This document shows, piece after piece, positions 44,428-54,431 of a DNA stretch of 64,000 nt; positions within the stretch are counted from its first letter, which is position 1, and each line of letters opens with the position of its first letter. The notes beneath the pieces are model-generated. The model worked only from the letters and a program-made list of their open reading frames with translations. It had not been told where the DNA came from and made no database searches. The stretch is from Faecalibacillus sp. (lineage in GTDB: Bacteria; Bacillota_I; Bacilli_A; RFN20; CAG-826). The position numbers and the translations under genes are program-made. The stretch spans positions 6,612 through 70,611 of the forward strand of contig CAVAGP010000005.1 in assembly GCA_963588175.1 (NCBI GenBank). Reading direction: 5' to 3'.

Positions 44428-45975
44428 CTATAGTTTTTCGGCGAAAAGAGAAAGGTTTTTCCTGCCTCTAAATTCGTCAACTGAAAAGGTTATCTGGAGG
44501 TCGGTGACAACGTCTTCCGGAAAGGTGTTTTCCCCAATTGAGAAAGAGAACAACTTGGTGTCTTTGCCAATGTAATAAGAGAGGAATCTCCCGTCTTTGG
44601 TGTAGGTGAAATTCTTCGTGTTCATGTTCTTCAGCAAGAATTTCGGCTCAGGCCAATCCTGACCGAATGGCGCGAAAGTCTCGATTAAAGCATATGTTTT
44701 CATATTGCAGTCCCCTAAAGAGATATCGATTAAGCCATCGTTTTTCTTCTCTAGTTTGTGCTTTATGGCAAAGAAGGAGAATTCTTTTTTGAATTTCTCG
44801 AAATCCTCCTCTTTGATGCTCACCCCTCCCGCAAAGCTATGACCACCATAGGCAACGACGTCAACCTTAACGTGTGTTAGACATTCGATTACGTCGAATC
44901 CTGGCTTTGAGCGGATTGAACCGACTAAAATGCCGGGTTTCGCATCGGCTGGAGAGAAAACAACGCTCGGCAAGGCATATTCCTGGAGCAGTTTATTGGC
45001 GATTAGGCCATTCAATCCTTCTGGTATGTTGCCTTTCACCACTATTGCAGGAGCTCCCTCTTCGATTACGAAAGATTCGGCCGCCAATTTGGTTTCTTGC
45101 TTCCTATGCTCATTTATGTTCTCTAAGAAATTTGCGATTGCCTCTTTCTTATTGATGTCGTTCTCGGCGAAATAAGCGATTAGTCTGTTGATTGACTTAG
45201 GCTCTTTCTCCATTCGTCCGACGGCGTTTATTTTCGGGATGATTTCCATCTGCAGCACTTTGGTGTCCACCACCGTTTTCCTCGTCAAAGCGTATATTTC
45301 CGGATATTTGACATTGGCAAGGTGCTCATTCAATAAACGTACCGTCACTCTGTTATATCCTTTTAACGGCATCATATCAGAGATTGTGGAGATTGCTCCT
45401 AACGTGAATAAATAGTCATCCTTCTTATTTAATAAAGGGATTGAGAACAGGAATGACAAGAACCCTGCGCTTATCCCGTATTCCCCGTAATTCAAAAGGG
45501 TCGGATGGATGATGATATCGGCGTTAGGGAGTTTTTCTTCGATTGTGTGATGATCCAAAACGATGACATAAAGCCCCAATTCTTTTGCCCTGCTGATAGC
45601 CTCAAATGCGCTGATTCCGTTATCGCAGGTGAAGATGATCTTATATCCGCCTAACGCGATTTTCTCGACGTTTGCAACATTTAGGCCGTATCCATCTTTG
45701 TATCTTGACGGAAGGTAGCCGTTTGCGATGTTTCCAAACTCTCTGAGGGCTCTTACGAGGATTGATGTGGACATAACGCCATCCGTGTCATAGTCGCCGT
45801 AAATGAGGACTTTCTCCTTATTTTGCTTTGCAAGTGATAAACGTGCGATTGCCGCTTTGACGGATTCTGCCTCGTCGATGCGAGGGATAGAGTCAAAAGA
45901 GGGCGCCATTTTAAGACGCCCGTATTCCTCGATACCGAGATTATAGAATTTTAATAGTTTCTCTAGGATAGACAT
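44428..45975 (-). CDS. recJ: RecJ-like single-stranded-DNA exonuclease (DHH/DHHA1), short form
   Basis: 515 aa. DYDTDG, VLDHH, GGHSFAGG motifs. Sits between secDF and relA as in Bacillus. Confidence 0.85.
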   Translation of the reverse strand: MSILEKLLKFYNLGIEEYGRLKMAPSFDSIPRIDEAESVKAAIARLSLAKQNKEKVLIYGDYDTDGVMSTSILVRALREFGNIANGYLPSRYKDGYGLNVANVEKIALGGYKIIFTCDNGISAFEAISRAKELGLYVIVLDHHTIEEKLPNADIIIHPTLLNYGEYGISAGFLSFLFSIPLLNKKDDYLFTLGAISTISDMMPLKGYNRVTVRLLNEHLANVKYPEIYALTRKTVVDTKVLQMEIIPKINAVGRMEKEPKSINRLIAYFAENDINKKEAIANFLENINEHRKQETKLAAESFVIEEGAPAIVVKGNIPEGLNGLIANKLLQEYALPSVVFSPADAKPGILVGSIRSKPGFDVIECLTHVKVDVVAYGGHSFAGGVSIKEEDFEKFKKEFSFFAIKHKLEKKNDGLIDISLGDCNMKTYALIETFAPFGQDWPEPKFLLKNMNTKNFTYTKDGRFLSYYIGKDTKLFSFSIGENTFPEDVVTDLQITFSVDEFRGRKNLSLFAEKL

Positions 45976-48716
45976 TAGTCGTTGATACCGATGATGATCG
46001 CCTCTTCAGGCTCAGCACCATGTTTTCTACCGATGTTTTCTTTCTTCTTTGTCTCTTTCTTAGCTTTCTTAAGTGAGTTCTTTAGGATTTCGAACCACTT
46101 GGCGAAGAGCTCTGTAGATGGGACAAGGATTGTGATTGATAAAGCGGTTAAGACTATTAAGCCGATTGCCATTCCCAAGAAGGCTGGTGAGAAGGTTGAT
46201 GGAGCGATTCCGTAATAGAGTATGGAGATGAAGCATACCATCAATGCCACAACCAAGAGGTCGGCTGATGATTGCTTTGAGGCTTCCTTCAAACAAGTGA
46301 TCTTGAATTCGCGTGTTGATTTATCTCTCTCGTGAGATTCTGCTTCGACTTCTTTCTCCTTATTAAAGATAAATAAGGATAAGACATAAGCCATCATTGT
46401 CGTGGTTATGACGCCGATTGAGGCAACTGGGGTGACTGCGATTCTTGTAAGAGCGAAGAATCCGGCGACTGTGACGCCTGATATTCCGGCTACAAGAGTT
46501 GAGGCAACGGCTCTAGAAGGTTTGAATCTTAAGGCGAAATAGACGAGTAAGACGGCAAGGGACACGCCGGTTGCGATATAGACTGTTCCAAGGGTTGGAG
46601 TGCCTTCGCTAGCGACGACATTCTGAGCCTGGATATAGATTTTGTCTGTGTTGTAGACAGCGTCTTTTGCCTGCTTCAAAGCGTCTTGCAACGAGTATTT
46701 GTTGGTATCGCCATCAACATCGACAGTGAAGACCTGCTCTGCCGTCGCTTCTGTTGAGAAATGCTGATTGAGCGAGACATTGAAGTAATAGACATCGTAT
46801 GTGACTTCATCGTTTGTCATGTAGATGGAGCTTTCCTCAAGAATGATGTCATCGACATAATCGTTGAGTGTCTTGTCCCCTGATTTGATGACAGCGAACA
46901 AATCGTCTCTTAATTGCTGCTTAGTTGACAAGAGCAATGTGGCGTTTGTACCATCTTCCACACGATATTCAACAGTGATTGCGGTTGTATCTACGTATGT
47001 ATTTGCGTAGTTATAAGGATTGCCTTTGATTGCTGAGAAGACTGAAATTCCGGCGATTGAGGCGATTGCTAAGACCGCAGCGATGATGGCCATAGGCTTC
47101 TTGGCTTTGCTGTAATCTTTCTCGTAAAGCGGTCCGAAGAATGTCTGCTTTTCGCCATTTGCGAGGTTAGGAATCTTGCTGGTATTGACTCCGTAGAATG
47201 ATGAGATTTTGCTTTCCGTGTCTTTGTCGTTGGCGAGCAACCATGTCTCGATTCTCAATAAGACGAGGTTTGCGACCATCCCGAAGAATCCGCCTAATAC
47301 GAGCATTAAGCCCATTTTGGAGAATGAGCCTGGAACTAAGCCATAGACGCATAGTCCTGTGAAGATGGAGACTAATCCTACATCGATTGTAGGCCATAAT
47401 GTCTTCTTGATAGCTTCGCTATAGGCTTTTTTGATGGTACGGCCTTTGTATAATTCCTCTTTCATCTTTGCGGAGAAATAGATTCCACCGAATGCGGATG
47501 CCACCACTGCCAGGACGATGCCGATTAAAGCGCCGATGCCGAACTGAGCTGAGAAATATCCGAAGAGCAAGAGGGTGCCAATGACTGTGAATGAGACATT
47601 AGCTAAGATTGCGAGCGTGTTCATTCTATAGAAGACGCCGATTAAGATGATTCCGGCAACGAGGGCAACAAGCGTTGCGATCATTGTGAGATTGAAGGCT
47701 GGGTTGATGTGCCATGCTCCAGCTTCTGAAAGATTTTCAACTGAAGCGGTGATTGTGTGGGAATAAGCGTAAGAGACTTCGCATCCAGTTCCGATATCGG
47801 CATAGTCTTTTGCGTTTAGAAGGGATTTGTAGTAGACGGCTGCTAAATATGCGGCACCGGCTTTTGATTCATCGAACTTATCGTCCTGGATTGCGGTTGA
47901 ATTAGGGATAATTTGGAATCTCTTATAATCGAGATCGTCATCATCGTCGTCGTACCAAGCCTGAGTTGGGGCTTCGCCAAAGACCAAACGTTTGGACATG
48001 TTGATGTCGTAGTCTTCCTCGCTTGTGGAGGTTGCCGCGACGAATGTGTCGGTATCCTGTCTATTTGACCAAAGGACGACATAGCAATTCTGGGCTTCCG
48101 TACCGGATTCCTCGTCCGCTTCCTTGGTGTTCTCTTTGCAATAGTTGATGAGTTCGGCCATTTTGCCGTTTTCGCCTGGCTCGTTGACCTCGATTGTGAC
48201 AACCGGGACGTTATTTACGTAACGGATGTCAGCCTCATGACCATCAAACATCGTGTCATAAGAGTCATCACGTGGAGCGTTTTCTTCCGTTTCGGTATCG
48301 CCGCATCCGACTCCGACTGAGATATGACCGCCGCTAAATGGCAAATAGTTTGCCAAATAGTTGTATTCGGTGTCATCATCCCCTTGACCCCTGACTGAGA
48401 CGATGAGGGTATCGGTTCCCTGCTTTGTTACTGTTGCGTTAGCGCCCCAGTTCTCAAGTCTATATTCGAATTCCTCTGCAACGGCATTGATTAAATCGGT
48501 GCCTGAACCGGTATCGTTGTTTCCGTAATAGGCATCAGGTGAGACGCCTGTTGTTTTGTTGTCTGTTGCATCGTCTTTAAGAATCTTAAAGTAAAGATCT
48601 CTACCCGATCCGTAAGTAACGTCTGTATCAAGGTCGGTGATACATGAGCCGACTGTGACGGCTCCTCCTACGATAAGGGCAGCGGTCAATAAGATGTAAG
48701 CTAGTCTTCTACGCAT
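45975..48716 (-). CDS. secDF: protein translocase subunit SecDF (fused), enlarged extracytoplasmic domain
   Basis: The ORF-track start is an upstream alternative codon inside the ruvB terminator. ATG 48716 is preceded by GGAGG and gives MRRRLAYILL.... Twelve-TM SecD+SecF layout. Confidence 0.9.
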   Translation of the reverse strand: MRRRLAYILLTAALIVGGAVTVGSCITDLDTDVTYGSGRDLYFKILKDDATDNKTTGVSPDAYYGNNDTGSGTDLINAVAEEFEYRLENWGANATVTKQGTDTLIVSVRGQGDDDTEYNYLANYLPFSGGHISVGVGCGDTETEENAPRDDSYDTMFDGHEADIRYVNNVPVVTIEVNEPGENGKMAELINYCKENTKEADEESGTEAQNCYVVLWSNRQDTDTFVAATSTSEEDYDINMSKRLVFGEAPTQAWYDDDDDDLDYKRFQIIPNSTAIQDDKFDESKAGAAYLAAVYYKSLLNAKDYADIGTGCEVSYAYSHTITASVENLSEAGAWHINPAFNLTMIATLVALVAGIILIGVFYRMNTLAILANVSFTVIGTLLLFGYFSAQFGIGALIGIVLAVVASAFGGIYFSAKMKEELYKGRTIKKAYSEAIKKTLWPTIDVGLVSIFTGLCVYGLVPGSFSKMGLMLVLGGFFGMVANLVLLRIETWLLANDKDTESKISSFYGVNTSKIPNLANGEKQTFFGPLYEKDYSKAKKPMAIIAAVLAIASIAGISVFSAIKGNPYNYANTYVDTTAITVEYRVEDGTNATLLLSTKQQLRDDLFAVIKSGDKTLNDYVDDIILEESSIYMTNDEVTYDVYYFNVSLNQHFSTEATAEQVFTVDVDGDTNKYSLQDALKQAKDAVYNTDKIYIQAQNVVASEGTPTLGTVYIATGVSLAVLLVYFALRFKPSRAVASTLVAGISGVTVAGFFALTRIAVTPVASIGVITTTMMAYVLSLFIFNKEKEVEAESHERDKSTREFKITCLKEASKQSSADLLVVALMVCFISILYYGIAPSTFSPAFLGMAIGLIVLTALSITILVPSTELFAKWFEILKNSLKKAKKETKKKENIGRKHGAEPEEAIIIGIND

Positions 48717-48744
48717 AATATCAGCCTCCGCAAATTGCCCTGCA

Positions 48745-48797
48745 CCAAAAAAGGCGTGCTGGCAAGCGTCAATGATTTTAACGCATACGAGCACGCC
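48745..48797 (-). terminator. probable terminator after ruvB (long-loop hairpin)
   Basis: Minus strand: GGCGTGCT...AGCACGCC with an inner GCGT..ACGC stem, followed by TTTTTTGG. Confidence 0.55.
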
Positions 48798-48823
48798 TAT
48801 ACAAGCATGATTTTAAGAAATCT

Positions 48824-49828
48824 CTAAAAGAGAGTGTCTTGATACGGTTTTTTCAAATGGGCATAAGCCTTAGGCGTCGCCATTCTTCCTCTTGGGGTTC
48901 TGTCTATCAAGCCAATCATGATGAGATATGGCTCGTACACGTCCTCCAAGTTGGTGATTTCCTCGCCTATTGCAGAGGCGATTGATTCAAGTCCGACTGG
49001 CCCACCACGGAACCTTTCGATTATTGTTGTTAGGTAACGGATATCTACGTCATCCAAGCCTAAATCGTCAATCTTAAGGGCATTAAGGGCATGTGCGGCT
49101 AGTTCAACGTCGATTTTGTCCAATCCTTCAAATGATGCAAAATCCCTGACACGCTTAAACAAACGATTGGCGATACGCGGCGTCCCACGACTTCTCTTGG
49201 CCAACAATTCGATTGCGCCCTCTGTTATCGGCATATTCATAACACGGGAAGTTCTTCCGATGATACCTGCGATTTCCTCTTGCGTATAGAAGTTGATTTT
49301 CTCGGAGATTCCAAATCTAGCCCTGAGCGGGGAAGAGAGGTCTCCTGCTCTGGTTGTGGCCCCTACCAAAGTGAACGGAGGCAATGGCAAAGTGATGGAT
49401 TTGACGTTGCCGTCTCTATTCATCATGATGGTTAATTTGTAGTCTTCCATTGCGCCATACAGCACTTCTTCGACTGGTCTAGGAAGTCTATGAATTTCGT
49501 CAATGAAAAGAATGTCTCCTGGCTCGATTTCACTAAGAATCGCCGCTAAATCGCCGGCTTTTTCAATGGAAGGCCCGTTGACGACCTTGATTTTACCGCC
49601 CATCTCATTCGCGATTACATAAGCCAAAGTTGTCTTACCTAAGCCTGGCGGACCGTATAAAAGGACGTGGTCTAGCGATTCGCCCCTGTTTTTTGCTGCG
49701 CCGATGAAGATTCGGAGATTTCTTTTGAGTTCACTTTGCCCGACATAGTCCTTTAGGGTTTGCGGACGGAGAGTCAAATCTTCTTGGATATCCTCTTCTT
49801 CTTTTTTGGCATCTACCAAACGTGACAT
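48824..49828 (-). CDS. ruvB: Holliday junction branch-migration helicase RuvB
   Basis: 334 aa. [18 protein letters not shown]+ and winged-helix domains. Confidence 0.95.
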   Translation of the reverse strand: MSRLVDAKKEEEDIQEDLTLRPQTLKDYVGQSELKRNLRIFIGAAKNRGESLDHVLLYGPPGLGKTTLAYVIANEMGGKIKVVNGPSIEKAGDLAAILSEIEPGDILFIDEIHRLPRPVEEVLYGAMEDYKLTIMMNRDGNVKSITLPLPPFTLVGATTRAGDLSSPLRARFGISEKINFYTQEEIAGIIGRTSRVMNMPITEGAIELLAKRSRGTPRIANRLFKRVRDFASFEGLDKIDVELAAHALNALKIDDLGLDDVDIRYLTTIIERFRGGPVGLESIASAIGEEITNLEDVYEPYLIMIGLIDRTPRGRMATPKAYAHLKKPYQDTLF

Positions 49829-49831
49829 TCT

Positions 49832-50398
49832 CTATCCCTTTCTGAGAGCTTTTAAAGCGGCTCTTAGGATGTCTTGATCGCTCATTCCGGTGGCGTCGAT
49901 CTTGGCTAGGACATCATCTATATCCTTAACTTTGAATCCCAATTGCTTGAGTGCGCTTCTTACGTCGGCGAATCTCTCATCCGCCTTATTCTTTTTGGTG
50001 TTGGCTTCGGTTAGCTTGCCCTTCAAATCGAGGATGATTTGGCTGGCGGCTTTAGGCCCGATTCCCGGTAATTTCTTGAGGAATGAGACGTTACTGCCTG
50101 CCACTGCTGCGAACAATTCCTCTGGGGTTGTGGCCCCAAGGGCGCTTAAAGCGGTCTTTGGCCCGATGCCCTTTACCCCAGTCAGCGATAGGAAAGCGTC
50201 TTTTTCCTCCTTAGTCTTAAATCCGACTAAATAATGGTCATTCTCGCCGTACACTTCATAGCAATAGACCGTTGTCTCTTCCCCGGTTACAAAAGATTCC
50301 GGTTTAGAGACGAATAGCTCATATGCCACGTTGTTTACGTCAATTGCGATGGTTGTTTCGCCGACATAGACGATTTTTCCTTTGAAATAATAGTACAT
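49832..50398 (-). CDS. ruvA: Holliday junction DNA-binding protein RuvA
   Basis: 188 aa. OB domain, two HhH motifs (GIGPKTA, PGIGPKAA). Confidence 0.9.
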   Translation of the reverse strand: MYYYFKGKIVYVGETTIAIDVNNVAYELFVSKPESFVTGEETTVYCYEVYGENDHYLVGFKTKEEKDAFLSLTGVKGIGPKTALSALGATTPEELFAAVAGSNVSFLKKLPGIGPKAASQIILDLKGKLTEANTKKNKADERFADVRSALKQLGFKVKDIDDVLAKIDATGMSDQDILRAALKALRKG

Positions 50399-50404
50399 AA
50401 TTAA

Positions 50405-50503
50405 CTAGCCCAGGAAGAAGACGAGCAACAAGACGATTGATAGAAGCGCACTGCCGGATAAGGATAATGCCGCTATTACGAATCCCTTGTTTTTCTCGTT
50501 CAT
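50405..50503 (-). CDS. 32-aa single-pass membrane peptide (not in the ORF track)
   Basis: My translation: MNEKNKGFVIAALSLSGSALLSIVLLLVFFLG, stop TAG. AAAGGAGGAG SD 5 nt upstream. Wedged between obg (15-nt gap) and ruvA (6-nt gap, ruvA has no SD of its own). Confidence 0.45.
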   Translation of the reverse strand: MNEKNKGFVIAALSLSGSALLSIVLLLVFFLG

Positions 50504-50518
50504 TAAAAGGCTCCTCCT

Positions 50519-51805
50519 TTAGTTGAAATACTCGAATGCGAAGTCATCGATATAGACGGTATCACCGTTTTTGGCTCCTAGTCTATCGAGTTCTTCTTCG
50601 ATTCCGAGGTTGTCTAGATATTTTACGAGCCTAGAGATGCCTGCATCGGTTGAGACGTTGATGAGACGATAAGTTTTGACGACCGATTCACCGATGATTC
50701 TCCATTGTCTAGCCCCTTCGGAGACGATTTCGAATTCATGTTCGTGACGAGTCCCATCGAGATGAGCGTCATAAACCTTGATTCCGGAATCTTCCGTTTG
50801 CCCTTTAAGCGGGAAGTCTGGGGTTTTATCTATCAAATGCTTGGTTTTTTCCAGTAATTCTTGGACGCCGGCATGGGTGAGAGATGAAAGTGGAAGGGAT
50901 TTGAATCCGATCTTTTTGTCGAATTCCTCTTTTCTTTCCTCTGCTCCTTCTTCATCCATTTTAGTCGCAACCACTATCTGCGGCCTTTGGTCAAGGTTGG
51001 CGCCATAGCCTTTCAGTTCTTCGTTGATGATTTGGTAATCTTCGTATGGATCCCTTTCCCCGGACATGGATACGAAATGCATCAAGACGCGGCATCTTTC
51101 GATGTGACGTAGGAATTCAAGGCCCAAGCCTTTTCCTTCGTGCGCCCCTTCGATTAATCCCGGCATATCCGCCAAGACGAAAGATTGGCCATCCCCTAAA
51201 TCAACGACTCCTAAGTTTGGGACTTTGGTTGTGAACCAATAATCTGCCGCTTGAACATTGGCTCTAGTTACAACATTTAAGAATGTTGATTTACCTACAG
51301 ACGGGAATCCGATGATTCCGGCGTCGGCGATTGATTTGAGTTCCAAAATGAGTTTCTTTACTTCACCTGGGTGTCCGTTTTCCGCGATTCTAGGAACGCG
51401 GTTTCTCGAGGATTTGAAGCAAGCGTTTCCTCTGCCTCCACGACCGCCTTTGGCGACCATGACCACATCCCCTTCTTTCTTGAGGTCTGCGATTAATCTA
51501 TGGTCTTCTTGGAGATATGCCACCGTTCCGACTGGCACTTCGATGTAAATGTCTTTGGCGTTTCTGCCGTACATGTTTTTCTTATGTCCGACTTCGCCAT
51601 CTTCTGCGATTGCGCAGTAGGAATGGCGGTAACGGAACAGGTTGTTGATATTGTGGCAGGCGATTAGATAAATAGAGCCGCCACGGCCACCGTTTCCGCC
51701 GTCTGGTCCGCCGAATTCCGAGACTTTATCATGCAAAAAAGAGATATGGCCATCTCCACCTTTGCCACTTCTAACTTCAATTGTTACGTGATCAATTAAT
51801 GGCAT
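50519..51805 (-). CDS. obg: GTPase Obg/CgtA
   Basis: 428 aa. Obg fold (GGDGGNGGRGG), GFPSVGKST, DMPG, TKMD, C-terminal OCT domain. Confidence 0.95.
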   Translation of the reverse strand: MPLIDHVTIEVRSGKGGDGHISFLHDKVSEFGGPDGGNGGRGGSIYLIACHNINNLFRYRHSYCAIAEDGEVGHKKNMYGRNAKDIYIEVPVGTVAYLQEDHRLIADLKKEGDVVMVAKGGRGGRGNACFKSSRNRVPRIAENGHPGEVKKLILELKSIADAGIIGFPSVGKSTFLNVVTRANVQAADYWFTTKVPNLGVVDLGDGQSFVLADMPGLIEGAHEGKGLGLEFLRHIERCRVLMHFVSMSGERDPYEDYQIINEELKGYGANLDQRPQIVVATKMDEEGAEERKEEFDKKIGFKSLPLSSLTHAGVQELLEKTKHLIDKTPDFPLKGQTEDSGIKVYDAHLDGTRHEHEFEIVSEGARQWRIIGESVVKTYRLINVSTDAGISRLVKYLDNLGIEEELDRLGAKNGDTVYIDDFAFEYFN

Positions 51806-52554
51806 TTGGCTACCCCTTTCTTTTCCTCTTCGCTTAGCTTGTAATTCTTTTTATTCTTCTTGATTTTAAGCATTTCCTTGAAGAAATTGATACTTGCTTT
51901 GCTGGCGTTTTTGATTGTTGAATCCTCATCGTCTTTCCAGCAGCAAGGCACTTCGTTCACGGTGAACCCGTTCATCTTCAGGAAATATAAATATTCGACG
52001 TCGAATGCAAAACCATCGATTTTTTGCTTCTTTGCCATCATTTTGGCGACGTCTGTTCGGAAAAGCTTGAATCCGCATTGGGTATCGTGAAGGCCCAAAT
52101 GGAACATCATTCTGATTAGTACGCGAGAGCCCCAGGAGACGAATCTTCTTTTCGCAGTTTGCTTAACCGCGATTGTTGCCCCTTTCATATGCCTAGAGGC
52201 AATCTGGCAATCGTAATTGTCGATGACTTCGAGCATTTTCTCCGTCGTCTTCAAATCCGTTGCCAAATCCGCATCCATGAATAAGCAATAATCTCCGCTT
52301 GAGGCGAGTATTCCCTTTTGAACGTTATGCCCTTTCCCTGGATGATTCTCATAAGGCGTTATAAAAACATTTTCCGGCATGCCCTTCATCTCGGATTCCG
52401 CAATCTTCTGGTTTTCCTCGTCACTCGCATCGATGACGATGACGAATTCAAAAGGAATGCCTAAAGCACTGAAATATGGAAGAGCTTTTTCTTTGATGTT
52501 TCTAAAGAGCTTTTCCGATTGGTTTTTAACGGGAAATATAACGGATAATTTCAT
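51796..52554 (-). CDS. family-2 glycosyltransferase (polyprenyl-phosphate sugar synthase-like)
   Basis: 252 aa. SVIFPVKN, VIDASDE, MDADL (DxD), QCGFK motifs. Confidence 0.8.
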   Translation of the reverse strand: MKLSVIFPVKNQSEKLFRNIKEKALPYFSALGIPFEFVIVIDASDEENQKIAESEMKGMPENVFITPYENHPGKGHNVQKGILASSGDYCLFMDADLATDLKTTEKMLEVIDNYDCQIASRHMKGATIAVKQTAKRRFVSWGSRVLIRMMFHLGLHDTQCGFKLFRTDVAKMMAKKQKIDGFAFDVEYLYFLKMNGFTVNEVPCCWKDDEDSTIKNASKASINFFKEMLKIKKNKKNYKLSEEEKKGVAKCH

Positions 52555-52567
52555 ATTTTAATCTTAG

Positions 52568-52583
52568 TAGAGTTTAAACTCTA
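52568..52583. other. 16-nt perfect palindrome TAGAGTTTAAACTCTA in the lepA / GT2 gene gap
   Basis: Read directly. Flanked by TTAG (left) and CTAA (right), which can extend the hairpin across a bulge. Confidence 0.5.
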
Positions 52584-52589
52584 AAACAA

Positions 52590-54419
52590 CTAATCATCAT
52601 CGTCGAGCGAGAGAACCGACATAAAGGCTTCCTGCGGTACTTCTACAGATCCGATGGCTTTCATTCTCTTCTTGCCTTCTTTTTGCTTTTCGAGGAGCTT
52701 CTTTTTTCTTGAGATATCTCCGCCGTAGCACTTTGCCAAGACGTCTTTTCTCATGGAGCGGATGTCGGCACGGGCGATTACTTTGCCTCCGATGCAAGCC
52801 TGAACCGGGACTTCGAACTGCTGCTTAGGGATTATTTCCTTGAGTTTTTGCACGATTCCGATGCCTCTCTTGTAAGCATCAGGCCTATAGACGATGACCG
52901 ATAAAGCATCGATTATCTCGCCGTTCAGCATGATATCCATCTTGGCGAGTTCCGACTGTCTATAATCGTCGATTTCATAATCAAGAGACGCATAGCCTTT
53001 GGTGGCCGATTTCAGCTTATCGAAGAAATTGAAGATGATTTCCGACAACGGGATGTAATATTTTACGATAACTCTGGTATCATCGAAATATTCGAGATCT
53101 ATATAGATGCCTCTTCTATCTTGGCAAAGCTGCATGATTGGGCCCACAAAATCCTTTGGGGTCATGATATTCGCTTTGACGTATGGTTCTTTGATGTTTT
53201 TGATTCTTTGAACGTCAGGCATATCGGCCGGGTTATCAATCATGATGGTCGTGCCATCGGTCAAATCGATCTGGTATTTGACGGATGGGGCGGTGAGAAT
53301 GAGATTAAGGTTGTATTCTCTCTCAAGCCTCTCCTGGATGACATCCATATGAAGAAGTCCCAAGAATCCACAGCGGAAACCGAACCCCAATGCTTTTGAT
53401 GATTCGGGCTCAAAAGTTAATGAAGCGTCATTTAAGCAAAGTTTGCCTAACGCGTCTTTCAGGTCTTGGTATTTTTGAGAGTCAACCGGATACAAGCCGC
53501 AATAAACCATTGGGTTGATTTTCCTATAACCAGGCAATGGCTTGGCGGCTGGATTGTCCGCCAGGGTGATGGTTTCTCCAGGGAAAACATCCTTGATATC
53601 CTTGATTGTGGCGGTTAAATAGCCAACTTCTCCGGCATCGAGTTCGGTTGTTGCGACCTCTTTTGGGTTTCTGATTCCGACCTCGGTTACAGTATATATT
53701 TTGTTGGCGGCCATAAGGAGAATCTTATCTCCTGGTTTAACGGTGCCGTTTTTGACTCGAATCAAGACCACTACTCCGCGGTATGAATCGTAATAGCTGT
53801 CAAAAATCAAAGCCTCAAGAGGTTTATCGTCTTCTCCGGATGGCGGCGGGATGAGCTCCACAACTTTCTCGAGCATATCCTGGATGCCGACGCCGGTTTT
53901 GGCTGATACCAAAGAACAATCGGTTGTAGATAGGCCGATTCTAGTTTCGATTTCCTTCTTGCACATTTCGATTTGAGCGGATGGCAAGTCGATTTTGTTG
54001 ATGACCGGAATTACCATCAAGTCGTTATCGATTGCAAGATAAACGTTGGCGAGGGTTTGGGCCTCAACGCCTTGGGTTGCATCAACGACCAAAAGCGCGC
54101 CTTCGCAAGCTGCTAAGGAACGTGATACTTCGTATGAGAAGTCAACATGCCCCGGGGTGTCGATGAGGTTGAAGATGTATTTCTCGCCGTTTTTGGCTGT
54201 ATAAGATACGGTGACAGCGTTTAGCTTAATTGTGATGCCACGTTCCCTTTCGAGATCCATGTTGTCGAGTATCTGTTCCTTCATCTCGCGTTTTTCAACG
54301 GTGCCGGTAGATTCTAGGATTCTGTCGCAAAGAGTGGATTTTCCGTGGTCGATATGAGCGATGACGCTAAAGTTTCTGATGTGTTGTTTGTCAAATGGCA
54401 TAAGTTTTTCCTCGGCCAT
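52590..54419 (-). CDS. lepA: translation factor EF4 (LepA)
   Basis: 609 aa. [18 protein letters not shown], LepA C-terminal domain. Confidence 0.95.
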   Translation of the reverse strand: MAEEKLMPFDKQHIRNFSVIAHIDHGKSTLCDRILESTGTVEKREMKEQILDNMDLERERGITIKLNAVTVSYTAKNGEKYIFNLIDTPGHVDFSYEVSRSLAACEGALLVVDATQGVEAQTLANVYLAIDNDLMVIPVINKIDLPSAQIEMCKKEIETRIGLSTTDCSLVSAKTGVGIQDMLEKVVELIPPPSGEDDKPLEALIFDSYYDSYRGVVVLIRVKNGTVKPGDKILLMAANKIYTVTEVGIRNPKEVATTELDAGEVGYLTATIKDIKDVFPGETITLADNPAAKPLPGYRKINPMVYCGLYPVDSQKYQDLKDALGKLCLNDASLTFEPESSKALGFGFRCGFLGLLHMDVIQERLEREYNLNLILTAPSVKYQIDLTDGTTIMIDNPADMPDVQRIKNIKEPYVKANIMTPKDFVGPIMQLCQDRRGIYIDLEYFDDTRVIVKYYIPLSEIIFNFFDKLKSATKGYASLDYEIDDYRQSELAKMDIMLNGEIIDALSVIVYRPDAYKRGIGIVQKLKEIIPKQQFEVPVQACIGGKVIARADIRSMRKDVLAKCYGGDISRKKKLLEKQKEGKKRMKAIGSVEVPQEAFMSVLSLDDDD

Positions 54420-54431
54420 TATACATTAAAC

